64,000 nt of DNA from NCBI GenBank assembly GCA_000708835.1, contig DF237152.1, positions 82,228 to 146,227 of the forward strand, given 5' to 3'. The translations under genes were made by a program, and so were the position numbers. Shown here one piece after another: positions 1 through 26,089 of this stretch; position 1 is the first letter of the stretch, and every line of letters begins with the position of its first letter. This DNA comes from Klebsormidium nitens. Lineage: Eukaryota > Plantae > Klebsormidiophyceae. The notes under the pieces are model-generated. The model was not told the origin of the DNA and did not search any database. It was given only the letters and a program-made list of their open reading frames with translations.

Positions 1-518
1 ACGTTCGTAGAGTTCGTTCATGTCATGTCATGAGGATTTCCTTAATTCGAGGGTCCGGCAGTTGGGGAACATCAACCTTCATGCAGTGTCAACTTCCCGC
101 ATGAGGTTTGAGGTTGTTTGTGGACGTGATGAGTAACTTAAAAGCTTTTCAGACGTCGGGGAGTTCGTCAAACTTTCCATTCAGGACCAACTAGTTTTTA
201 ATCCTAGTGCAAGATGACATCGAAGGATCGAGTTACTTGCTTACATACAACTGAACGTACTGGCACATGTGACGTTGACGGTCGAATTCAGCCACTAGAC
301 CATATTGATTGGCTTCTGATTGTCTGCCATGTGAGTCGCGAGGGTTGACTTCCGCAAGGGCTCAGGTCAAATCGCTTTGTTTGAAAGGTGGTGGTCAGAT
401 GGCGATTGCGTTCTCCTCTGCTAATCGTCCCGCTGCGAATGCAGGGGCCGTTCTAAAAATTCTCCTAAAGGTCCCTTCAACAGTTCCTTACGAGGGAGAC
501 GTTACGCGCTGTCTGCAG

Positions 519-2956
519 GCGTGCAAATCGTCGAGGCCTGTTTAGCAACGCGGCCGCACAATGGGGGCCTCATAGACCTACAAGACCTGCGAGCGTTAGT
601 AGCAAAGAAGCGGCGAACCGCTAAGGAGCCTGTGACTGAAGACGACTGCATACGGGCCATTGGGAAGCTGAAGGTAAGTTCGCACATCGGCTGCGGTTTT
701 GTGGAGGGCTCTGATTCGAGAGAGCTGAACTTTATGGCTTCGCGCTTGGCAATGCTTGTTTCAAACTGTCATTAGCGAACTTAACGCAGCAGGCGCTTTG
801 ACAAGCTCGCTAGTCCGTTGCACCCAAAGTCGGACACGGTCCGCTCCTTCTTAGGGGGCTGCGCACTCGATGGCTGGTTATTTACTTCTCTCGTAAAATC
901 CATCAATCCCCAACTTTTTCATCGTTCCGCAGTGAACTCGAGTTCAATCTAAAGTGTCTGCTAACTCCCTTTCGATCGTGCGAAATTCTCCCCGGACTCC
1001 AGGAGCGTCGGACTTTTGAATACCAGCGTCGTAGTAGATGACTGGGTCGAAGTGCCGGATCTGCTTGGGTTCAATTACCGTGCAGAGGTCTAGGCGAATG
1101 AGAACCAGGGCTCGTTGAGTATGTTTCATCAGGGATTCCGTTGCTGCAGGCACTCGGGAGTGGGTTCGAGATCTTCACCGTCGGGAGCAGACGTCTCGTC
1201 CGCTCTGTTCCGACGGAATTGAATCGGGACCATAACGAGATTCTGGAGATGGCGCAGGTAAAGCCTGCCGTACTGAAGTATCTCCGAGTTGCGCCACTGG
1301 AAATTGGGTGTTTTTGAGCGACAAGTCCGTTGTCAGTGTCACTGTTCCGACGCCCCTTCGCCAGAGCGTCGGGTTTCAATGACTGTCCGGTTCGATTTTT
1401 GTTTATGCAGACCCTTCAATCCCTTCTCCTTCGCTAGACGGCTTCTCGAACTTGCGGTCTATCCGTCTGGCAAGGAAACTTCTTGTGCGAGAGAAACCTC
1501 TAGTAGATGCAGTCTGGCACCGGACATCCATCTTGACACTTTCTGAGCAAGTGCCCTAAAGCAACGCTGGAACGCCATCGTGACTCGTCTTCGCCGGCAT
1601 TGTCCGTTTTGAAGCAAAAACCGTCCGCTTTTGATTATTCTCTCCACCTTGTTATGCTTATAGAGTTAGCTATCAAGGGCGCTGACGCTGACGTCTTTCC
1701 GCAGGGTCTTTACTTGTCAACAGACCATGAAAGCCGCTCACACTGATGTCACTCTGTAGGGTTTTCAATTTTTTAGTAAGCAATTAACGGCACTGACATT
1801 TGATATCAATCCGAAGAACCATCGCATTTGTACAGAAGCACTAAATGGCCTGACACCGACGTTGATCCGCAGGGGCTGTGCTTACGTACAGAAGGGATTA
1901 GGACCGCCCACACATACGTCAAATTCGCAAGAAGCTCAGATCTGTACGGAAGCAATAAAGGCGCTGACGCCACTGACGTCATTCCGCAGGGCAAAGGCTT
2001 CGTGACAGCGGCCGAGGTGCAGGCGCAAAAGGGCTGGCCGCCAGGGAGGGTCGAAGACGCGTTAGAAACGCTGCTAAGAGTAAGGTTCTCTACGCTCGAT
2101 TCCTCATTGACTTCTTGCTGCCGTTTTACCGATATGTTTCGATACGTCAGGGACTATTGTACGTATCAAAACCGGATGTGAATTCGTTGGCCGCCGAGAA
2201 AGCTCCCTTTGTTGAATCTGCTTCCGAGCCTTAGTTCGGTTCAGAAAACTTGGCGGCCGGACATAGCGCATCGATGTTTACCCTTCGAGAGCTGACTGGT
2301 TTCGTTTTGCCTCCTCTTGTACTGCGTAGTTCGAAAAGCCTTTCTTGTGGAAGTCTGAAAGGCAAGCTAGGGCCGTTATGTGGCGAGTTCTTTGGCGCAA
2401 CTCAGGCGTTGTGGAGCCATCATACAACGTCCTGTGACAAACGTCCGCAGTCGTGCTAGTAGTTTTCGCTGCCTCCGTTCATTCCTAGCTCTTAGTGCTG
2501 GCTACATGGTGCCTCAGCGAGCCCGATCCGAAAAGAGTGATGTGAAGCCGAAGACACAAATCGCCATTCTCCGCCCCCACTCTTCATTCCATGGAGACCT
2601 AGCTGCTCCTGACAAATCGCCGTTCACTTCGGTAGGACGGCGTTGCACTGCCAGTATTCTTCGCCCTCATATCCCACTCCAGCCAGTAGTGCCTGCTACC
2701 GCAACAGGGACTCGTACGAAGGATCATGCGAACAGATAATACAGTGGATAAAGCGGAGCATGCATCACACCACTTTATCCGCCCACTTTCCACGCTTTGG
2801 CTGATCCCACACAACCTCCGTTCTCTTTGGCAGGAGGGCCTTGCAATGATAGACGACGGTGATCCAGATGGGCAGCGCCGTTTCTGGTTCCCTTGCTCGT
2901 CCGGAGATGGCAACTTGAGCATAGAAGGACAACTCGGTGAAGGACCTATCCGATGA
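519..2956 (+). CDS. SNF8: ESCRT-II subunit VPS22/SNF8 (EAP30), 5'-truncated by window edge; exons 519-673, 1150-1257, 1990-2079, 2834-2956
   Basis: Spliced translation [24 protein letters not shown]...[12 protein letters not shown]|[36 protein letters not shown]|[10 protein letters not shown]...DALETLLR|[21 protein letters not shown] matches the plant VPS22 C-terminal two-thirds as I recall it; all introns GT-AG and in phase. Confidence 0.93.
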
Positions 2957-3947
2957 CGTTAGTGCACTGGTCCGGTTGATTCTTAGCTTTGAACATATTG
3001 AACGAGTTGGTCGAAACCAACTATGTACAGATAGAGAGGAATTTTTAGATCATAGGGCGATGAAATGGTCAACACTTTCTGGAAATGAAGCATGTGATTG
3101 GAGCAGAAGTTTGAAGAGTATATGAAAGCGTCGTCGCCGCAATTCAGCCTTCGCCTGGACACTAGCTGTACGTCCCAATCCCTGTATGATGTATCTAACA
3201 TCACTGTGTCGCGGATGCTGTTGTGCGTGTCGTCGCGCTCGGTGCCTCGAACGCAACGCAGCAAAAGCTTACCCCAAAAGATGCATGCGCGCCGGCAGCT
3301 GCATGACATACTTGCATAGCGCAAGATGCCAGCATGGCTTGGGGGAATTCGGCATATGTATGCCCAGCAAACTAGCACTCGTCTTCATGGACTGTCAGCG
3401 CCTGGAGATGCCGCTACAAGACGTTTGATTGTTGCGCTTATCAGGCGAGCTCAGCGAATGAATAGGCCGGTCCGGTTCAACCTTTGGTACGTACGGGAAG
3501 CGCGTATAATCAAATCACGATATGCCACGTGTCAAATGTCCAAATGATCAGTTGCCGAGATGCCTTTACCTGCTTGTGTCGTAATCAGCAATTGACCACG
3601 TTCTGAGTCTCGTTTTTGACCCCGGCCTGGCTCTACTGTAGGCTCGCGCGATGAGCTCAATCGGACAAAAACGCTGACGATCGCGCGAATTGCACCTCCC
3701 TGCTGGGATTGCATGTCGCTAAGAGATCCAGGACTAAAACAAACGGTGCTTTCACAGCTCGCAACCAACTGTGCATGAGTCATCTCACGGAAGCAGAATT
3801 CCTTCCTTTTAATCTGGGTACGTAACACTGCTTTGTTGGTCTGAACTGCGGGCGCATGCATGCGAGAATCGGAAGACAAGAGGAGCAAAGAGGCGTCGCG
3901 GTATCTTCGGAGTCCGCGGAAAGACCTGTGTCTGCTCTCAAAAGAGG

Positions 3948-5966
3948 ATGGCGGAAATGGTGGACGAAAGCCTGGACCGGACCGTCGAGCGCTGTGCTTC
4001 CTTGCTGATGACGACAAACCAGGACGACCTGCAAGCGGGAATCAACCTGCTGAGTTGCAGTCTGCACATGGACAACCCAGACGTGACGAAACATTCCAGG
4101 TTACTTCAAGAGGTTGCCGCGTATCGGGGTGGGATCCTTCTAGGGCGACTGCTGTTATCTTTGCTGAAGGAGACTCCTAATGGGACCGAATCAAAGCAAG
4201 TGCTGGAGGGATATTTCACCTTGGCGCTCTCGATCCTTTCAGCAAGCAAGGTCGTTGTGGAGCGCTGCTTGAGGAGCGACGGAACCAGAGCGGAACCGGA
4301 AATTGCCCTGAAGATTTGTGCTGCGCTGATCCACCGGATTGTAGGCAACGCACGGAATCTACCAAAGAGCGAAGATTTGCGGCACCTAAGCGAAATCGCG
4401 ATAGCCGACTCCTTGGAGTGCCTCGTCAACTTTGCGCGGGGTTCCAAGAGATTCCGAGACGCCTTGAGAGACTCATTGGATCAGAGGAGCGGCTTCGAAC
4501 AATTCAAAGATCTTCTAGATGCGGAGTTTCTCAGCAGCCTGTTCGCGCCAGTTGCGCTGAAGATCCGGCTCCATCTATCCAGTCTCGCGGTCAATCTCGC
4601 ATTCTCAGCAGACAGTCAATCGTGGGCGATCGACATGGGCTTGCTCAAACTGGTAGCGGCGATCTACGAAGCGTCCCCTCTTCAGGAGCTTTCCGCTCCA
4701 TCCCAGCGGCGGATGGCTCCGGCGTTCCGCTGCAACAAAGTCCTGCTCCGCTTGCTCGCGGAGGATACCACAGCGGAAAAGCTCCGCGCGCACAACGCGT
4801 TCTCAGAGTTCCGGCCCCACCAGCGGAAGATCCACGACGCGGAACCGGAGCCCAACCCTTGGCAGTTCTTCGAGCAGAGGCTGCGCGGCGTGACATTCAG
4901 AGCCGACACGCCGGCGATTCTGGCTCAGGACTGGAAACTCGTGGAAGAAAGCTGTAGCGGAAGCGTTCCGGCCCATGTCGTTTGCGCGTACAAGGGGTGC
5001 GCGGCCAGCCGCGAGCCCGTCGTCGGGAAGGGTTTCAGCAAGTGCGGGCGGTGCCACGTGGCGCGCTACTGCAGGTTTGCCGCGTTTTCGGCCCGGCTTC
5101 GTTTGACCTTGGATCTTCGAGTTCCTGAGTGGAGGACGTTTTTGGAACTTCAGTCATATGCCGTCCTCTTTCCTTTCAACGTCCATCTCGAAACAAGAAC
5201 CGGAATTGCTTCTCTCTCCCCCTTTCTCTACCGCCTTGTCTTCGTCTAACCGGTCTCCCACAAACTCAATCAACAGCCTTTAGCTTGGGAGTTCATCGGC
5301 CGGTCGGTTCTGTCGATCTAGCATACTACGAACAGCTGACTCTTTTGACATTCTACTTGGCCACTGCTGGATTCATCCAATATGAGAGGCCCTCTTCTGC
5401 ATCTTGGCACAAAGTCTTGAACATTCTTTTCCAATGAATGCTCCTCAATCAACGGCTTTTTGTCTGTACATCTGTTTCAAAAAGTTTGTCGTACAATCAC
5501 ATGCGGAATCTTTGTACGTTGCGGTGACAGAGGATGTGTCACTACGACCGTCGAGGCAGTACGCCCAGCGAGGTGGATGGAGGTTAAGAGAAGCTGTTTC
5601 AGATTGAAAGAGAATAAGATTAAAGCTAAGGTCCACAATCAGATAAAGGTTAAGTTGTTCAATGTTTGCCAGGTTCCAACATGAGCACAGAACCATTTTC
5701 TCCTTCGAAAGACTTTCAGTAACTGCTACTGACAAGATTGTTAGTGAGAGCGCTTCTGATTCACGTCATCCGCTGTCCGATAAAGATGCACCGCAATCTG
5801 CTTCGTATCATTCACATTTTAAATGTTGTCGTTTTCACGGGGTCGATAAGCGTCTGCTTTCGCTCATGAGACACGCATCCGATGCAGCAAGGAGCACCAG
5901 AAGCTGCACTGGGCGACCCACAAGGTGCACTGCAAGGAATTTTGGGCAGGCGAAGGGGCCTTGTAG
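3948..5966 (+). CDS. MYND-type zinc-finger protein (~401 aa) with helical N-terminal region; exons 3948-5074, 5888-5966
   Basis: Long ORF ends CAYKGC...KCGRCHVARYC; donor ag|gtttgc and acceptor gatgcag|caag complete the motif YCSKEHQKLHWATHKVHC, stop at 5964-5966. Confidence 0.85.
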
Positions 5967-6313
5967 ATGAATTCGGAGCGCAAGTGTTTGAAGGAGGAGT
6001 TTAAGGGATTCCTGAGTGGACCGTCCGGGAATGTGGGGTGCAGGCCGTGATACTTTTCTTTGTCATAGTGTTCACGCCAAACCAAGAACCGAAAGGGTTC
6101 CTTAAGACCGATTTTGGAGAGGTGGTACTTTTCCAATGAGTATCTCAACCTGAAGTTGGTCGAAATGCGGCCCATTCCGCCGTATGGCTTTGATTCGACC
6201 GCTACGGAGCTGGCGAGCGGCTGATCGATGGAGAAGGAATGCATTAGCACGGAAGATCCAAGAAGATGACTGCGAGCCCACCCGAACATTTAAATTCAAA
6301 AATGCAGCAATTG

Positions 6314-6353
6314 GTAATTACGTAATTACGTAATTGCGTAATTGCGTAATTTC
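6314..6353. repeat. Five tandem 8-mers GTAATTAC/GTAATTGC (the unit GTAATTAC is itself palindromic)
   Basis: gtaattac gtaattac gtaattgc gtaattgc gtaatttc read directly. Confidence 0.85.
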
Positions 6354-6724
6354 TTAAGATGCGTCAGGTCGATTGCCCATCTTGGCAAACTCCTGTGTTG
6401 CCATCACGTACGACTGAATCTAAAAACTGGCCAGATCGTCAAGGCTCTATGATGCTCAGCTAGCTGTCAGCCGCAAAGGGATACCTCGACCGGCCTTATA
6501 GTGCACATTCAATCTTGCATGTACTCACATGTACGCGTTTATCTAGATTGCTTTCAAGCTTTTCGGTGGCCGGATCGTTGAATCAATCAGACGGTCGTAG
6601 TCCTCTCAATAAATGACAATACACTGGCGCGGCAATCAGTCATGTGAACTGATAAATGCATTCTCTATAACTAATTATACAACTATTACAATTCATGCCA
6701 CGGTAGGCCGGCCCGGCCACGGAA

Positions 6725-6745
6725 GGCCGTAGGCGGCCTACGGCC
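6725..6745. repeat. Perfect 10-bp GC-rich inverted repeat GGCCGTAGGC-g-GCCTACGGCC
   Basis: Read directly; preceded by direct repeat GCCACGG(T/A)AGGCCG at 6697 and 6716. Confidence 0.75.
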
Positions 6746-7614
6746 GCAAATTGCCATGGCTGTGCCAGGCCCGTTACGAAAAGAGACCAAGATATCATGA
6801 GATCAGCTTTTAAACGCATACGTCTACGTACATTTATTCCGCGCCAACTTTAAATAGCAGGCAACGGTGAACCTGCGTGTGAGCCGTCTACTGATGACAT
6901 GGTCGGGTACATGGTTCTTTCCACGGGGGCTATTGGTTTCGGTATTGAGAAGAACGCCTCAAGTCAGCATGACATATGGCACTCAACTATGTTGTACTGT
7001 TTCTAATTGCCAACTTCTCTTATGTAGCTTGGCTATTTTCCCAATCGTGCTTGAGCAATTTGCTTTGATCAAGCGCTCTTGTAACCGTCCGCACGGCAAC
7101 AACGGCTAACGCTTTTTCTGAGCCTGACCTTCCGTGATCATGTTGGTGCACAACTTCTCACTGGCAACAATGGAAGCGGAGCTGGACAATTTATGAGCTG
7201 CAACCTCGGACAGGATTCTTCCCACGTGCTTGCAATCCAGCCAACCTCAATGTACATGAAGCGGTTGCTCGCGTCAAGTTATAGCTTAGACTAAGCTAAG
7301 GAGTTCTGAGTGTGCTGCTTTACCAAGAAACTTATCGACCTGTCTTGGCACCTCGCTGTACAACCTGGAATACATGATTGTGAATACCGGACGGAACCGA
7401 ACGACCTACTCTACACAAGCCTAAGCAATGGATGTTCTTGGGCCTTGCAAACCTGCCTATCTAACCAACAGTACCGACCAGATACGAATGAGCAGCCAGT
7501 TCTTCCGCGTCCTTCTTATCCATCCCCTGCAATGTCTACACACCATCCAATCACCACCCTAGCTGACGAACCCAATGAACCACCAAGCGTCCGAACTTTG
7601 CCTCAGCGGCCAAT

Positions 7615-10600
7615 CTACACCACAACCTTCTTCACGGAAGGCAAGCCCGTCACCGCCTCCCCCTCAATCCCGCACTCGTTCTCGCCGCGCACGATCCGGA
7701 AGTACCCGTCCTCGCCCCAGCCGTAGCCCCACGAATTTGCGATCAGCCAGTAGTCGACACCGTCGTCGGTCGTGCCCCAGCCCATGAGCTTCACGGCATG
7801 CCCTCCAAGGACGCCGCCGTACAGGTGCTTGTACACGCCGGACTTGTAGTGGGCGAAATCCTGTGCAGGGGCAGTTTTCCAGGACAGAAAACAATTGCTT
7901 TCATCTGAAGCACAGCTGCCTTCGCCCTCTTCCAAGAGGAGCTAACGGTTTTCATTTGAAAACACGCCGGACTTGCAGTGGGCGAAAGTTTGAGCAGGGG
8001 ACGACCAAAACAAGTGAGAGACTGATTCCCGCTCAATGTAGATAGCCAATGCTTCTAAAGAACCATCAATGAAGCTTTCAATAAGAGGTTGATAGGGGGA
8101 GGACCATGGCCCGAGCGGCTGAACACGGGTAGACCAAGAAGGCAGCTCCGACAAGCCTGATTGCGAAGAGGTCCTCGCTTCTCCGCGCCGTTCTCGGCAA
8201 CGATGAGATTCGCGGGTAAAATCATACGCACTGGTGACACATTCTCAAGACAGAATGTGAAAACAAGCTGTTCAATCGCGGAACAATTGCTCGACACCAC
8301 TTGCAAATTCCGGGAATGGTGACAGTCATTACGTAAACAACATAGATCCTCCTTTTCCACACCTCAAAGAAACCAGTCTTTCTGTGGGTCCAGCAGATCC
8401 GAATCGGGAAGAAAAACCCTACAGAGAGTACTCGAATTGCGTAAAGAATATCACAGAGAGAAGACCAGGAGCACGGAGTTGATCGCATTCCAAGATCTGC
8501 TGAAAACGTTGTTGAAGACGTAGCACCTACTTAACAGGGAACCTAGAACACGAGCAAAGGAGTAAGTGAGGTATCATCATTCTCTTATGTCCGCTCACAA
8601 AACTTCCGTGTCGCAAACAGATTCCTCACCTGGTAGACGGTGAAGGCGACCTCGATCGGCCCGTTCAGGAACAGCTCCTTCTGCAGATCCTCGACGTCGG
8701 GCCCAACGGTGTACACGTTTGCGGCGTAGTGCTTGGAGTCGCCCCACAGCTCGTCGTCCTTGCAGCCGCGGACGCACTTGGGGGTCGGCTTCACGGGGCC
8801 GCACCCGGGGTGCTTGCACGGGACCGTGTCGAAGTAGGGGTCGCACTGCGAGGAGAGACGTTTGGCAGTGTTAGGCCAAATTGCACGGGATCAAGAAGCG
8901 AGGAAAGGCGTGAAGATAGAGCGGATGTGTATTAGAGATACAGATGCAAAGAAGGAGTCGGCTAGACTGGGCTGCACCCGGGGTGCTTGCACGAAAGCAT
9001 GTCAAAGTAGGGGTCGAAAGGACGATTGGCCCGTGTCAGAGGAGGAAAGGCGCAATAGATTTTGTGGTATTGAGGACGGTGGTGTCAAAGGCCGAGAAGG
9101 GGTCGGCTGCACGGGTTTGTATTTATGGTACTCAGAGTCGGGATAGGGATCACACTGTGGAGAGACGAGCGAGCAAGTTGAGCAATGCCAAGCATGGACG
9201 GAGACAGAGGAATGTGGGTAACCACAGCGAAAGGAACGAGGAAAGCAGAGCGGAGATATGAAACGTTGCAATCAGCAAGTGCGCATGCCACGTGACCGTT
9301 CATTTCGGCAATCTCATTTTGTAAACGCCCAAACTTCACCTTACTCCCATGCGTTTCTTTGCTCACGTGAAAGGCAGCAGAAACACACGTGGTTATAGAC
9401 AATTTTAGCAACGGGACACCACTAACGGACAATTAACACAGCAGGGGAACAGTCCAATGGGTGGCTGCAATTCACCTGCTCAGACACCACTCCGCTCCTC
9501 TCAAAGTACTCCCAGGCCCGCTCCGGCCAGCCCCCCTCGCAGCCGTCGCCGCACTCGAAACCGCAGCAAGACAGCAGGTCGTTTGTGCTCAGCGTGACGT
9601 TCTGCAGCACAGAAAAGGGTTATGAAACCTTTAAGCACGTCGCTTAAGTGGTTGGATTTAGCGAGCTTATCTCAGTCGTTGGCTGACTGCTTCCAAGAGG
9701 TGTTTCGTTCCCTGGACCTGTTTCTCGATCCATCTTTTATCTGGGCAAACCGAATACTGAAAGCAAAATTATATGCAAGGACTCTCATAAGCCGGAAACA
9801 AGTGAAACAGGAGCAGGGAAGATGTACGAGTGTGACTGCTCCTCCTATCAGAAGAAGGAGGAACACACACACGGTTGAGACTAAGAACAAGCCCCCACCT
9901 CGTGCCCCGCGATGCAGAACCGGTCGGTGAGCACCTCCACCGCGCCGAACGCCCAGCACGAGCCGCAGTGACCCTGGTCGCGGATCGCCGACAGGCTGGG
10001 GCACGAGGGCCACTTCTGGCGAGGGTCAAAGTTCTTGGGAAGCTCCACGTCAGGATGGTGCGAACGCTTCAAGGTGAGCGGCTTTGCCAGGGGGAGGGCG
10101 TTAGGGTCGCCGGCCTTGGATCCACACAGCACCTTCAGATCGTCGACCTGTTTGGAATTGGGATGATTTGAACCTTCTCAACTGAGTCGAGCAGAGAAGC
10201 ATCTCCGCAAACATGTTGGTGGAATTTCCCCATGGTTCAGAAAGGGGAGGAAAAGAGAAACCAAAGAGCGAAGAGCACATCGGTCGGGGTGAATGGGAGT
10301 TTGTACATCACATTAGCAGGGGATGAGATATACACAGGTTGTATCAGCAAGGGGCCAGCAGAGCACCAACTACTCTCAAAAAGTGCAGAAATGTGAATTG
10401 ACTGCTAGAAGGTCTAGATTCGTTATTAGGCTGGCTGATGGCATTGCCTGGAGGAACACAACCCTGGAGGAACACAACATGAGGAAAAAGCCACATGGAG
10501 GCAGCTAGGGTCATTCCAGTGCAGACAAGGAAGAACAGAAGGTGGGGTTGGCAAGGGCATGTGATGGCAGTCCTCTACTTTGGACCGTACATCCGCAGCC

Positions 10601-12049
10601 TGTTCGTTGTTGAGAAGCTGAAAGAATCGATATAAGCAGAACAATCTCAAAGCACAGTGGTACACCAAATCACCATCCTGCCGCTCTCAAGGCGTAATGA
10701 GCAAGCTACTTTGCACAAGGTCAAAAAGCTCAGCTCAGCTAACAGAATGCGGGAACAAGCGATGCTCATGCAAATTGTGAGGAGGTATTAAAAAGTCAAG
10801 TGTATCTCACAGTGAAACCCTCAAGCCGCTCGTTCTCTCCTGCAACCCAGGTCGCTGAGGGCTCGCTGTTGACGGCGCCGATGATGTCATCCTGCGAAAG
10901 CGAGCAGCTGATCTTACTACAAAATCCAGAGATACACTGCAGTTGGTCCTGGATGACAAGATAAGCCGAGCAAAGTACTAATCTGCTATTATGAACTCGT
11001 ACACTTGTAGACACAGACTCCATCTCGAAAAAAAGAAAGTGTCCTCATTATCCAGGCAATATGTGCATCACTGCAAGCTGGAGAAGATATGCATTTGGGT
11101 AAGGAACATATATTGAAGCAAATACTCTAGAAGCGCAGCTCAACTTGCAATGATCACTTTGACATCAAGTAACGGATTTCGCTGTCAAGGCTTTGAGTTG
11201 TAACACTAGGTTTACATTAGCTTGAGGGTCGTACCACTAGGTTTACATCAAAGTTTCAGCAGATGACTGTGAAAGTACTTTGCGTGCTTGATTGCAACAA
11301 GAATCTGATGAAGAGGAACTTCTAAATGGCGATGAGCAGAGTGCAAGAAGTGTAAAAACCACAATAAATCCTTTCGTCATGTTTTTTACAACAACTGCTC
11401 AGATCCAGGATGTAATCAACAGGGTTGAGGCATCGTAAAACATCGAAGAAAGTTCACCTGAGGAACCAAGATCGCACTAGGATCGACAGTCACTTGCTGA
11501 ATGAGTGGATCAATCGGACGGATAGCCTGCACGATTGCAAGAACAGGCAACATACCCATCATTGCTTGCCTGCTAATATTCAGAGAGATGTAAATGCTTC
11601 TTAAAACCAGGGAGTTTCTGCATAACTTTGAAGCAAACCTTGCCATAGTGCTGATTAACATACAAGGGTCATAAATATTCCTTTGCAAGAAGAAGACATG
11701 TACAAAAACAAGGGAAATGATTGTCACAGGAAGTTTATGATAGAAGGTAAGGACACAAACAGGCCCTGACAGACAATCAGAGCTTCCCTGACGAGTATAT
11801 CAGCCATGAGCAATCTATCTGCCGCACAACAAGCGCAAAATAACAGACCTGTGCATCGTGATTGTGAGGTACTTATTGTATTGCCAAAAGTCCTTCACAA
11901 TCTGGCCAATTTCAATAGCTCGTGGAAGCTTGGCCACGAACTTTGCAGATGATGAAAGGTTGTTAAAAGAAGGGAAAAACTCATGCTGGAAAACTTACCT
12001 GCGCAGCTCCAAGCAGCCCAATCAGGAGGAAAGTCCAAAGGAGCTTCAT
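7615..12049 (-). CDS. CathB: Cathepsin B-like papain-family (C1A) cysteine protease, ~345 aa; exons 11999-12049, 11458-11526, 10811-10891, 9899-10147, 9476-9601, 8630-8845, 7615-7860
   Basis: Signal peptide [17 protein letters not shown]|A; catalytic [22 protein letters not shown]; plant-type loop [15 protein letters not shown]; all phase-0 GT-AG introns; exon lengths sum to 1038 nt. Confidence 0.95.
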
Positions 12050-12181
12050 GATGTCAGCTCAAGCTTCAACAGTTTCGTCCTGTCTTTGCTGCTTTCGTAA
12101 AACTTCAAAAAAGTGAAGGCTTGAAGCCTGAAGGGCCCTTGAAACCGAACACCTTCGTCAGAAATTCAAACACTGATGTCA

Positions 12182-12536
12182 GAGCGGGGACAAAGAGAAT
12201 TAGTACCGGACGGAAGCTAAGGCTAGGGGCTGTTGGAACCCTGGACATTGACGTCAGCCTTGGGTTGCGGACCGGGCCTGCTACGTCTTCTTATCTACCA
12301 TCGGCCGTTCAAATGTCAGCTACGCCGCCCTACGCGGCATCCGACGGCAAAGGATGCACTTGGAAACCCTGTTACTAGGGATGTAGACAATGTGCATATC
12401 AGCCGTCGGATAGCCAGTTCTACAAGAATTCGACGCTTCAGAACCAGAGAGGTCCAACTCTGGGTTGACATAACCGCAAATCCAACAGCCCCTAGCCTTA
12501 GCTTTCGTCCGGTACTGATTCTCCTTGTCCCCGCTC
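12182..12536. mobile_element. MITE/foldback-like element: 56-bp inverted arms (12182-12237 and 12481-12536, 3 mismatches) around a ~243-bp spacer
   Basis: gagcggggacaaagagaattagtaccggacggaagctaaggctaggggctgttgga versus the reverse complement of tccaacagcccctagccttagctttcgtccggtactgattctccttgtccccgctc; no clear TSD. Confidence 0.6.
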
Positions 12537-13311
12537 GAAGAATGGTGGGCAGGAGTGTCGTCGCGGCGCCTTTTCGAACGACAGTCCAGCTTGAAAGTCG
12601 CCCTGCAGGATACACCTCAACTGCAAAATCGCAGCGACCGAGAAGAACGTCGGCTCTCCTTCTACGTCGCCAAGAACCGCACCAGTCTGCGGGAGACCGC
12701 TGCGCGCCTGGCGCCGCAGTGTAACTTCTGTCGTTGGATATTCATGTGACCAAATGATCTTACGGTACAAAAGCCTTTGAGTCCCGCCTCGGCTTCCAAA
12801 AACCTTCATCACGTTCAATGTGCTCTCAGCTCTGACACTGACAGTGACAGTTGACTCTGAGTCTAGGCTCCGAGTCCGACTCCTAGTCATTGTTGTCTTC
12901 AGACTTGCATTGTTCATGCAGCATGCTCACAATATTCACACGCGCAGGAAGAACCGGCCCAAGTTCCCAGGTGTTCTTGTTCCTTACAATGATACATGTA
13001 GCCTGTTGATCATTGTAGCTTGGAGCTTGTAGGTACAAGACTTGGTTGGCAGTGTGTTCAATGTTGCATAGCGTCAACGAATGGGACAAGAGAATTGGTA
13101 GTGTCAAAGGAGGTCCTTTGGGCACAGTTTGCACTGAACACAGGTGTGTTGGCTGCTTTGAAGCAGGAATACGTGTGTTGCTATCTAAGATTCAATAGCC
13201 GGGACAGAAGGCGTGTTCTTCGTAGTTTGCGGTCAGCGTTGCTACCGTCTTACTCGGTTTGATCTTCACTGGTCCTTGGCATGAGGCCACCATACAGCAT
13301 TGTAGAACACA

Positions 13312-26089
<12,778 letters not shown>

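Noticed and set aside
4316-4957. 213-aa alternative-frame ORF overlapping the MYND gene, and many similar overlapping or antisense ORFs in the track
   Set aside because: Expected by-product of GC-rich codon usage; no motifs, and many start at non-ATG codons.
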